From an uncultured Planctomycetaceae bacterium (GTDB lineage: Bacteria > Planctomycetota > Phycisphaerae > Sedimentisphaerales > UBA12454), in contig CAZUEO010000004.1 of the NCBI GenBank assembly GCA_964619675.1, positions 43,411 through 107,410 of the forward strand: a stretch of DNA of 64,000 bases, written 5' to 3'. Numbering within the stretch: the stretch's first letter is position 1; the number at the start of each line of letters is the position of its first letter. Under the pieces are notes generated by a model. The model did no database searches. It was not told the origin of the DNA and saw nothing but the letters and a program-made list of their open reading frames with translations. Positions 47,591 through 56,002 of the stretch are shown piece after piece. The translations under genes were made by a program, and so were the position numbers.

Positions 47591-48219
47591 TTTGTTTTCC
47601 TGTGCCATTCGGGCATTTGTTCAGGCGTAACTTTTTTCCACAGTCCCTTTTTTTGTTTTTGCGCGGTTTTTTCAAGTTTAATGTATTTTTCAAAGTAACT
47701 GTGTGGAAATCTCGTGTCGGCGTAAGCAAAGCCTTGCCTAATCAATTCCTCATTTAAAATTTTACCGTCGGCAAGTCTGATATGGCAGAGCAGGCGGTTA
47801 TACTTGTCGCGCGTTTTTGACAGTTTGTCCATAATTACGCTAACTTCTTGCGCAAGTACCGTTTTGGCGGTAAATTCGCTTGCCTCTTTTCCGTAGTACA
47901 TCGCACCTGTCGGGCTTTTTTCGGTTTCAGGCGTATCAATGCCGAGCAGCCGGATTCTCGTATCCGGCCAATTCCCATCCGGTATATTTATGTCGATAGT
48001 ATCGCCGTCAACAACCTTTACGACGATAAAACTTTTTTCGTTGTATTTGTCCCAGTCATTGACATCGTTGACAGGTTTTACCTGGTGGTTGGCAACAACG
48101 AACTTATGGATTACGCTTCTGTCAAGCCATATAGCTGCGGCAAGGAATAAAAAGACCGACAGCAGAAGGATATTTCGCTGCAATCGGCTTTGTGCATATT
48201 TTATTTTTTTATTACTCAA
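47584..48219 (-). CDS. Thermonuclease (staphylococcal nuclease-like) family protein, membrane-anchored
   Basis: VVKVVDGDTI, IRLLGIDTPE, DKYNRLLCHI, NEELIRQGFA; N-terminal TM. Confidence 0.9.
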   Translation of the reverse strand: MSNKKIKYAQSRLQRNILLLSVFLFLAAAIWLDRSVIHKFVVANHQVKPVNDVNDWDKYNEKSFIVVKVVDGDTIDINIPDGNWPDTRIRLLGIDTPETEKSPTGAMYYGKEASEFTAKTVLAQEVSVIMDKLSKTRDKYNRLLCHIRLADGKILNEELIRQGFAYADTRFPHSYFEKYIKLEKTAQKQKKGLWKKVTPEQMPEWHRKTKN

Positions 48220-48224
48220 TAAAC

Positions 48225-48262
48225 TAACGACTAAAGACTAATAACTATCGACTATTTGACAT
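48225..48262. repeat. 7-bp-periodic array overlapping the lysC stop codon
   Basis: taacgac-taaagac-taataac-tatcgac; the minus-strand TAG at 48252-48254 lies inside the array. Confidence 0.6.
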
Positions 48263-49502
48263 AACTTCTTTTTTCTACGGGTTTATCGAGCTCAAAGGCC
48301 TTGCATACGCTGGCCAGAGCCCTGTCGCCCTGGTCTTTGTCAACAAGGCAGCTTATCCTGATTTCGCTGGTGGTTATCGAGTCGATGTTGATTTTTTCCT
48401 TTGCCAGCGAGCTGAACATCATATTTGCAACGCCGTAATGCGTTCTCATTCCCACGCCGATAACGGAAATTTCCGCAATATCATCGCGGTAGAAGACATT
48501 CCGGCAGCCGGCCTTGTCCTTAATTTCCTCGACGACTTTTTTAGCGTCATTAAAATCGTTTTTATTGACGGTAAATGAGATGTTGGCCTTTTCTTCACTT
48601 ATTTCGGTTTGGATAATGTCGTTGACGCTTACCTTTGCCTGTGCAAGGTGTGCGAAGATTTTTGCCGCATTGCCGGGCTGATTGTCAACGCCTATCATAC
48701 TTACTTTTGCCAGGTTTTTTTCGATTGTCGCGCCTGATACGAGTATCCCTTCCATTTGTGGTACCTCATGAGTAATTAATGTTCCATTTTTATCCGACAT
48801 ACTGCCTCTTACGTGTATGGTTACGTCATATTTTTTTCCGAACTCGATTGACCTGCCGTGCATAACGCCTGCGCCGAGGCTCGCCATTTCAAGTGTTTCG
48901 TCATAGCTTATCTGGTCCATCTTGATGGCGTCCTTGAATATCCGCGGGTCCGTTGTATACACACCGTCAACGTCGGTATAAATTTCGCACATATCGGCTT
49001 TCAGTGCTGCCGCAATCGCCACAGCGGTTGTGTCTGAACCGCCTCGTCCAAGCGTCGTTATGTTTTCGTTTTCATCGATTCCCTGAAATCCCGCGACGAT
49101 AACGATATTGCCGTCATCAAGGCACTTTTTTATTCTTTTTGTATCGATACTTTTGATTCTTGCCTTTGTATGGACGCTGTCGGTAATCATTCGGATTTGC
49201 GCGCCTGTAAAACTTATTGCCTTATGTCCCGTTGCCTCTATTGCCATAGCTATAAGTGAGACGCTCTGCTGTTCACCTGTGCTCAGCAGCTGGTCCATCT
49301 CGCGTTTTGGCGGGTTGGGATTGACCTGGAGTGCATCAGCTACAAGCTCGTCTGTCTGCTTTCCGCGTGCGGAGGCAACTACAACCACCTGGTTGCCTTC
49401 TTCGAAAGCTTTTATTGCCCGCTGTGCTGCTTTTTTGATTTTCTCCGCACTTGCTACAGATGTTCCGCCGAATTTCTGTACAATTATTTCACCTTTTGCC
49501 AT
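48252..49502 (-). CDS. lysC: Aspartate kinase with two ACT domains
   Basis: VQKFGGTSV, VAGFQG, TTLGRGGSDTTA, IYTDVDGVYTTDPR. Confidence 0.96.
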   Translation of the reverse strand: MAKGEIIVQKFGGTSVASAEKIKKAAQRAIKAFEEGNQVVVVASARGKQTDELVADALQVNPNPPKREMDQLLSTGEQQSVSLIAMAIEATGHKAISFTGAQIRMITDSVHTKARIKSIDTKRIKKCLDDGNIVIVAGFQGIDENENITTLGRGGSDTTAVAIAAALKADMCEIYTDVDGVYTTDPRIFKDAIKMDQISYDETLEMASLGAGVMHGRSIEFGKKYDVTIHVRGSMSDKNGTLITHEVPQMEGILVSGATIEKNLAKVSMIGVDNQPGNAAKIFAHLAQAKVSVNDIIQTEISEEKANISFTVNKNDFNDAKKVVEEIKDKAGCRNVFYRDDIAEISVIGVGMRTHYGVANMMFSSLAKEKINIDSITTSEIRISCLVDKDQGDRALASVCKAFELDKPVEKRSYVK

Positions 49503-49517
49503 AGCAGTCTCTTATTA

Positions 49518-50711
49518 TCAGCCTTTGATAAAATACTCCATTAGTTCACAGCCTTTATCGATTTTTAAACCTGTCTGCCCGGCGTCTTCTTCGCTGAACG
49601 GCAGTTCCACGATTGCTGTGATTCCGCTTCCAGCCATAGCGAACGGTACAGGTCTGCCGGAATGCGCCTGCGAACTTACGGGTGTCGGGTGGTCGGGCAT
49701 AACGAGTATCCGCCAGTTATCGTATTTCTGCAGAGCCTGGTAAACAGGCCCGACTATGTGTTTGTCAATCTGCTCGACGGCCTTTTTCTTCAATTCCGCG
49801 TTTCCCGCGTGGCCTGCCTCATCGGGGCCTTCAATATGTACAAGAACAATATCGTATTTGTCAAGAGCTTCTATTGCAGCCTGTGCTTTTCCCTTGTAGT
49901 TTGTGTCCACAAAGCCGGTTGCTCCTTCCACCTTTATAAGGTCAAAGCCGATTAGTTTTGCGAGCCCTCTGACAAGGTCCACAGCGGTAATAGCTGCTCC
50001 TTTCAAACCGAATCTGTTTTGAAAGCTTTCCATCGCAGCCTTTTTTCCCTGACCCCACAGCCATATTGAGCTTACCGGATTTTCGCCGAGGTCGCGCCTT
50101 ACCTTGTTTATCTCGTGGTCTGCCAGTAGTTGTTTTGACCTTGCCATCAAATCGAGCAGAATCTCGGCATTTTTGCCTCTCGGCAGATTTTTTGCGATTT
50201 CCCGGCCGATTATATCGTGCGGCGGCTCAGTATAAACATCAAATTCAACGCCTTTTATTACACACAGATGCCTATAGCTTACGCCGGGATGGAATTTAAT
50301 ATTTTTGTTACCGAGAATTTTATTTAAGTCTTCTATGAGTTTTGCCCCTTCTTTTGTCGAGATATGTCCTGCGCTGTGGTCCGCCATTTTGTCGTCGGCT
50401 ATGGTTACAAGGTTGCATCTGAACACCCAGTCTGTCGGCTCAAGATGGATATTCATAGCGACAGCTTCTATAGGCGCTCTGCCGGTATAGAATCTTTGCG
50501 GGTCGTATCCGAGCAGACTCATCATTGCAACATCGCTGCCAGGCGTCATTTTTTCAGCGATTGTCTGCACCATTCCTAACCGGCCGGTTAGGCTTATATT
50601 GTCGATATTCGGTATTTCAGCAGCTTCCAGAATGGTTTTACCGCCTAACTGCTCGATAGGCTCATCAGCAGCCCCGTCCGGCACTATGATTACAAATTTA
50701 CTCAAGCGCAT
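49518..50711 (-). CDS. apgM: ApgM-family metalloenzyme (cofactor-independent phosphoglycerate mutase / proposed homoserine kinase subfamily)
   Basis: IVPDGAADEP, PGSDVA, GRAPIEA, HPGVSYRH, HIEGPDEAGH, PDHPTP. Confidence 0.85.
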   Translation of the reverse strand: MRLSKFVIIVPDGAADEPIEQLGGKTILEAAEIPNIDNISLTGRLGMVQTIAEKMTPGSDVAMMSLLGYDPQRFYTGRAPIEAVAMNIHLEPTDWVFRCNLVTIADDKMADHSAGHISTKEGAKLIEDLNKILGNKNIKFHPGVSYRHLCVIKGVEFDVYTEPPHDIIGREIAKNLPRGKNAEILLDLMARSKQLLADHEINKVRRDLGENPVSSIWLWGQGKKAAMESFQNRFGLKGAAITAVDLVRGLAKLIGFDLIKVEGATGFVDTNYKGKAQAAIEALDKYDIVLVHIEGPDEAGHAGNAELKKKAVEQIDKHIVGPVYQALQKYDNWRILVMPDHPTPVSSQAHSGRPVPFAMAGSGITAIVELPFSEEDAGQTGLKIDKGCELMEYFIKG

Positions 50712-52023
50712 CCTCCGGTATATCGACTATCCTTATGCAGACGGGATTGTCTTTAACGATATCGAGTTTGCCGAGGCCTTCAAGTGCAGCGGTAATTTTT
50801 TTCTGCTGCGTTCGGTGAGTTATCACAATAGCCGGCACCACGTTCTTGGCGTTATGTTCCTCGTGCTGAAGGACGCCTGAAAGGCTTATGTCTTTATCGG
50901 CAAGTATGGCGCATATTTGAGCAAAGACGCCGGGCCTGTCGAGCACTCTCAGCTTTATATAAAATCTGCTGACGAGTTCGTCAATTGGGCTGATAAGATT
51001 TTTGATTTTGTTTCCCGGCTCAAGTTTGAGGTGCTTGAAGAGTTTTTTTGAGTTTCCCATCGCAACTTCGATAATGTCGGCCACGACCGCTGAAGCTGTA
51101 GGCATCATTCCCGCCCCTCTGCCGTAAAACATCACCTGTCCTGTAGCGCTGCCGAATACGCTCACCGCATTAAAAGGTCCGTCAACTCTTGCAAGTGCGT
51201 TATCGGAGGCGATAAAGCAGGGGTGTACGCGAAGAGAAATTTTACCATCATCCGCTCTTTGTCCGATTGCAAGAAGTTTCAGCGTATATCCCATCTCGCT
51301 GCCGTAGTGGATGTCGACGATGTCGATGTTTTCAACGCCCTCGACATAAATATCGTCGGGTGTTATTTCACAGCCGAAAGCTATTGAAGCAAGTATGGCA
51401 AGTTTATGGCCGCTGTCAGCGCCATTTATATCGAGAGTCGGGTCTGCTTCGGCATATCCTTTTTCCTGAGCCTGTTTTAATGCATCTGCAAACTGCATAT
51501 TCTTTTTCGTCATATTGGAAAGGATATAGTTGCAGGTGCCGTTGACGATTGCATATATAGCCTTGATTTTATTTGCTGCAAGTCCCGTTCTTATTGCGGA
51601 TATTATCGGTATTCCGCCTGCGCAACTCGCCTCGAATGCGATGCATTTGTCGCTCTTATGTGCTGCCGTAAAAAGTTCGTTTCCATATTCAGCCAGCAGG
51701 GCCTTGTTGGCAGTAACAACATCTTTGCCGGCCGCGAGCAGTTTTAGCTGGATATCTTTTGCAGCCTTTGTTCCGCCGACAAGCTCTACGCCGATTTCAA
51801 TACTTTTATCTTCAAGAACGCTATTGAGGTTGTCTGTCAGTATGCCCTGAGGCAGAGCGACTTTTCTTTTGTTCTTCGTGTCGATATCGACAACTTTGGC
51901 AAGTTCGATTCTAATGCCCGTTTTTGCTTCGATGTAATCGGCGTCTTCGAGCAGAATTTTTGCAACGCCGCTTCCGATGGTTCCGAAGCCCACTATTGCT
52001 ATTTTTACAGTTTTTTCAGCCAT
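50698..52023 (-). CDS. hom: Homoserine dehydrogenase with ACT domain (start moved to the Met at 52023)
   Basis: IVGFGTIGSG, VVTANKA, FEASCAGGIP, NGTCNYIL, GYAEADP, GRGAG. Confidence 0.96.
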   Translation of the reverse strand: MAEKTVKIAIVGFGTIGSGVAKILLEDADYIEAKTGIRIELAKVVDIDTKNKRKVALPQGILTDNLNSVLEDKSIEIGVELVGGTKAAKDIQLKLLAAGKDVVTANKALLAEYGNELFTAAHKSDKCIAFEASCAGGIPIISAIRTGLAANKIKAIYAIVNGTCNYILSNMTKKNMQFADALKQAQEKGYAEADPTLDINGADSGHKLAILASIAFGCEITPDDIYVEGVENIDIVDIHYGSEMGYTLKLLAIGQRADDGKISLRVHPCFIASDNALARVDGPFNAVSVFGSATGQVMFYGRGAGMMPTASAVVADIIEVAMGNSKKLFKHLKLEPGNKIKNLISPIDELVSRFYIKLRVLDRPGVFAQICAILADKDISLSGVLQHEEHNAKNVVPAIVITHRTQQKKITAALEGLGKLDIVKDNPVCIRIVDIPEDALE

Positions 52024-52093
52024 AACAGCTCCCAACTTGTGTATAGGTAAAAGTTTACCGACAGCAGACTGAATCTGCAAGTAAAATCACCTG

Positions 52094-52882
52094 CTAAATC
52101 TGCAGCAGGAGGGGCTGTGAATCTATCAGCCGGTTGAAGTTTTCTTCTTTGACAAATGCGGCAGGGCCTTTTGGGTTGTATTTGGTCAGCATTTTAATTG
52201 TCGCCTTGAACTTCTTTTCCAGCGGCGCAACTAAATGTAAATTCTCAACTTCCAGTTCATACGCACAAAGGGATAGTCTATCTATAAGCGGTTTTTCTTC
52301 TTCGTATTTGCCCAGCTTATAATTGGCTTTGAAGCTCGATAGCATAATCGCTTGATTTTGGCCGTAGAGCGGGTCAACGGCAAGCGGCATACCTGCGTAT
52401 TGCAGATGGACTCGAATCTGATGCGTTCTGCTTGTTTGCAGCCTGGCTGCTATAAGGCTGATACTGCCGAAATTTGCGAGAAGCTCCCATTTTGTTTGTG
52501 CATCCTTACCTTTTTTTGAAACGACTTCCATAATTTGTGGATTTTTTCTGTTCGGTGCTATCGGGGCGTCAATTATACCGGTTTTTTCGCAAGGTAGGCC
52601 GGTTATAAGAGCAAGATATATTTTTCTGACCCTGCCCTTTTCAAAATACTCTGAAAAATTTCTCTGCGCATCCGTATTTTTTGCAATGAGGATTATGCCG
52701 CTGGTATCTTTGTCGAGCCGATGAACAATTTTAAGTTTTTGTCCTTCTTTTCTTTGAATTTGCAGAAGGCCAAGCAGGTTCATTTTTCCGGTTCCGGCAG
52801 GCGTAACGCTGACATTGGGCGGTTTGTTTACAGCGATTATCTGCTGGTCTTCATATATGATTTCGACATTGTTTTTAGCCAT
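52094..52882 (-). CDS. RluA-family RNA pseudouridine synthase
   Basis: AVNKPP, VHRLDKDTSG (catalytic Asp), TSRTHQIRVH, DPLYG. Confidence 0.92.
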   Translation of the reverse strand: MAKNNVEIIYEDQQIIAVNKPPNVSVTPAGTGKMNLLGLLQIQRKEGQKLKIVHRLDKDTSGIILIAKNTDAQRNFSEYFEKGRVRKIYLALITGLPCEKTGIIDAPIAPNRKNPQIMEVVSKKGKDAQTKWELLANFGSISLIAARLQTSRTHQIRVHLQYAGMPLAVDPLYGQNQAIMLSSFKANYKLGKYEEEKPLIDRLSLCAYELEVENLHLVAPLEKKFKATIKMLTKYNPKGPAAFVKEENFNRLIDSQPLLLQI

Positions 52883-53087
52883 TATTGCTTAACTCCGCTA
52901 AGGGATGGCTTACGCCACTTGACATCAGGGACGCCATAGAGGAAAATACTGCCTCAAAAGACGATGAAACCTGCATTGTAATTGAACAATTTTTAGTTAG
53001 AAAGCGTAATATTAAGGTTTTTACACCGGTCTGTAAAGCAGAGATTTGACTTTTTTGTTTTTATAACTCATTGAAAGGAAAGTACTT

Positions 53088-54560
53088 ATGAAGAGCAAGA
53101 AATCTTTAGTACTCATTTTTGGTCTTACATTTTTTCTTGTTTTAAATTCATTTTGTTTTGCTGAGCCCGCCGAGAAAAAGGACATAGAGACGCTTCGCAG
53201 CACGGGCCAGGTTTTCGCGGAGATAGCGGAGAAGGTTACACCTGCGGTGGTGTTTGTCAGTGTCGAACAGACGATTGTTCAACAGATACCTGACATATAT
53301 TTCGGGGACCCGTTTGATGAATTTAACGATGAGTTTTTCAAGCGTTTTTTTGGTCAGCCTTTTCCCCGTCGCCGGCAGCAGCAGCCTCGCCAGCGGAAAC
53401 AGCTTCGCAAAGGACAGGGCTCAGGTTTTATAATTACTTCTGACGGCTATATTATGACCAACAATCACGTCGTTGGAGGTGCCGAAAAAATTATGGTAAA
53501 ACTCTCCGACAACAGAGAATTATCGGCCAGGATAATAGGCACAGACCCTGATACTGATGTTGCCGTGATAAAGATTGATGCTAATAATTTGCCGACCGTC
53601 CGGCTTGGCGATTCCGATAAGCTCAAAGTAGGTGAATGGGTTATTGCAATTGGCAACCCGTTCGGACTAAGTCATACGGTAACTGCCGGCATTGTTTCTG
53701 CCAAAGGCAGAAGCAGAATAGGTCTTACTGAATATGAAGATTTTATTCAGACCGATGCAGCGATAAATTTCGGTAATTCCGGCGGCCCGTTGCTCAATAT
53801 CGACGGTAAAGTAATAGGCATCAATTCGGCAATCTTCAGCCGCAGCGGCGGTTATATGGGCATCGGCTTTGCTATCCCTGTAAATATGGCGAAATATGTT
53901 TATGACAAAATAGTTGTTGAAGGCAAGGTAACGAGGGGTTACATAGGAATTTATGGTGAGGATGTCAGTCCTGAAATGGCCAGGCATTTCGATGTTAAGA
54001 ACCGTAAGGGTATTTTGGTTAATAAGGTAATAGAAAACAGCCCGGCCAGCAAAAGCGGCCTTGAAAAGGGTGATATTATCATAGCGATGGATAGTAATAC
54101 GATTGACGACTGGAACAATTTCAGGAACGAGGTCGCCAGAAAGTCTCCCGGCAGCAGGATTACTCTTACAGTTATAAGAAGCGGCGATGAAAAGAACATT
54201 GAAGTGAAACTTGAAGAGAAGGAATCGAAAGTTGCTATAGCCGAAGCTGAAGGCAAAGAAGGCAAGCAGCTCGGCATAACCGTTCAGGATTTAACATCTG
54301 AGCTTGCCCGGCAATTTGGTTATACGAATGACAAGAGCGGCGTTATTGTTACTGATGTTGACCCTGCCGGCGATGCTGCGGAAAAAGGAATAACTGCGGG
54401 CACTTTGATTACGGAAGTTAACCGTCAAAAAGCTGAGGGCACGCAGGATTTCTGGAAACTCGTCAAAAAAGCTAAAGGTGATTCGATTCTGCTTTATGTC
54501 TGCCAGAACACCCAGCAGGGCGAAATATCGAGATATGTGGTGGTAAAATTCGGTGAATAA
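53088..54560 (+). CDS. DegP/DegQ (Do family) periplasmic serine protease with two PDZ domains
   Basis: GSGFII, TNNHVV, DTDVAV, IQTDAAINFGNSGGPL. Confidence 0.95.
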   Translation: MKSKKSLVLIFGLTFFLVLNSFCFAEPAEKKDIETLRSTGQVFAEIAEKVTPAVVFVSVEQTIVQQIPDIYFGDPFDEFNDEFFKRFFGQPFPRRRQQQPRQRKQLRKGQGSGFIITSDGYIMTNNHVVGGAEKIMVKLSDNRELSARIIGTDPDTDVAVIKIDANNLPTVRLGDSDKLKVGEWVIAIGNPFGLSHTVTAGIVSAKGRSRIGLTEYEDFIQTDAAINFGNSGGPLLNIDGKVIGINSAIFSRSGGYMGIGFAIPVNMAKYVYDKIVVEGKVTRGYIGIYGEDVSPEMARHFDVKNRKGILVNKVIENSPASKSGLEKGDIIIAMDSNTIDDWNNFRNEVARKSPGSRITLTVIRSGDEKNIEVKLEEKESKVAIAEAEGKEGKQLGITVQDLTSELARQFGYTNDKSGVIVTDVDPAGDAAEKGITAGTLITEVNRQKAEGTQDFWKLVKKAKGDSILLYVCQNTQQGEISRYVVVKFGE

Positions 54561-54583
54561 TTAAGTACAAATTTTGTTTGGTT

Positions 54584-54614
54584 AACCCCGCCATCACAAT
54601 GGCGGGGTTTTTTT
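54584..54614. terminator. Bidirectional intrinsic terminator
   Basis: aaccccgccat-caca-atggcggggtt followed by a T run; lies between convergent genes. Confidence 0.75.
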
Positions 54615-55728
54615 ATGCGTTATCAATGCATTCCTTTAAGGTCCTGCACACCAGTGCGACTTCGTCTTTTTTGAGGTTATTATAAAACGGCAGGGCGATT
54701 GTGCTTTTGCAGGTCTTGTCGGCAACGGGGAAATCGCCGTCTTTGTAGCCGAATTTTTCAGCCATAAACGGCTGGAGTGTAACAGGCGGGAAATAATTGC
54801 CTACCTGTATTCCTTCCGCAAGCATAGCGTTCAAAACCGCATTTCTTTTTGAGATGTAAGGCTCTTTCAGCCTGATAACGAACACAAACCAGCTCAGCTT
54901 GCAGCCTTTCGGCGCCTCCGGCACAATAATTCGCTCGTCGTCGGCGAGGATTTCCTGATACCAGCCCGCGACCCGTTGTCTTTTCCGGATAAATTCCTCA
55001 ATTCTTTCAAGCTGTGCAACTCCCAGTGCGGCATTTATATCGCTCATTCTGAAGTTGTACCCCAGTCTTTTGTGAGCGAGCCATCCGTCGCCTTGCTCTC
55101 GTCCCTGATTTCTCAGCGCCACACACATATCGGCAATTTCCTTATTATCTGTTACAATCATACCGCCTTCGCCGGTAGTTATCTGTTTGTTGGGATAGAA
55201 CGCAAACGTGCCGACAGTGCCGAACGAGCCGGCCATTTTGCCGTTTAGCTGCGAGCCGAGCGCTTCGCAGCTATCCTCAATGACGGGTAGATTATGCTTT
55301 TTTGCAATTTCGCAGACCTGGTCCATTCCTGCAGGATTTGCAAAAGCAGCCACAGGCAGGATAGCCTTTGTTTTTTTGGTGATTTTTTCTTCGATTTTTT
55401 TCGGGTTGATATTGAGATTATCAGGGTCGATATCGACAAATACGGGCTTTGCGTCAACCATAAGGATACAATTTGTTGACGCGATGAAGGTAAATGGCGT
55501 GGTGATTACTTCGTCATCTTTGCCTATGTCCAGGGCCTTGATGCACAAAAACAGGGCGCTTGTGCCGGAGTTGACGCTGACAGCGTGTTTGCTGCCGACG
55601 TATTCTGCGATTTTTTGCTCAAATTCTGCCATTTTGGGCCCGAGCGCAAGGTATGAGCTTTTAAACACTTCGATTACCGCCTGTATGTCTTTTTCACAGA
55701 TGTCAGGCCGTGACAAATGAATCTTCAT
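54613..55728 (-). CDS. DegT/DnrJ/EryC1/StrS family PLP-dependent sugar aminotransferase
   Basis: VNSGTSAL, TTPFTFIAS, VIEDSCEALG, FYPNKQITTGEGG, GYNFRM. Confidence 0.93.
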   Translation of the reverse strand: MKIHLSRPDICEKDIQAVIEVFKSSYLALGPKMAEFEQKIAEYVGSKHAVSVNSGTSALFLCIKALDIGKDDEVITTPFTFIASTNCILMVDAKPVFVDIDPDNLNINPKKIEEKITKKTKAILPVAAFANPAGMDQVCEIAKKHNLPVIEDSCEALGSQLNGKMAGSFGTVGTFAFYPNKQITTGEGGMIVTDNKEIADMCVALRNQGREQGDGWLAHKRLGYNFRMSDINAALGVAQLERIEEFIRKRQRVAGWYQEILADDERIIVPEAPKGCKLSWFVFVIRLKEPYISKRNAVLNAMLAEGIQVGNYFPPVTLQPFMAEKFGYKDGDFPVADKTCKSTIALPFYNNLKKDEVALVCRTLKECIDNA

Positions 55729-56002
55729 ATAAAGTCTCCGATTGTCAGATATAAAGTGATAATTATACCCTTAATTTTTTGTGGAAAAAGGGAAAAATTG
55801 AGCCTTTACAGGGCGGTTAATCCTAAAAAAATTCAAAAAACTTTGATTTTTCAGCTAACATTTCGGGCAAATGTGCGTCTATAGTATAATAGGGGGGTTT
55901 TTGTAAGTATAGCGTATGTTTGTTTTTCAAAACTTATCCTCGCCCCCGTTTCCACGAGGGTAAACTCAGGCGGGGAAGTAAAATGGATTAAGGAGGCAGG
56001 AA

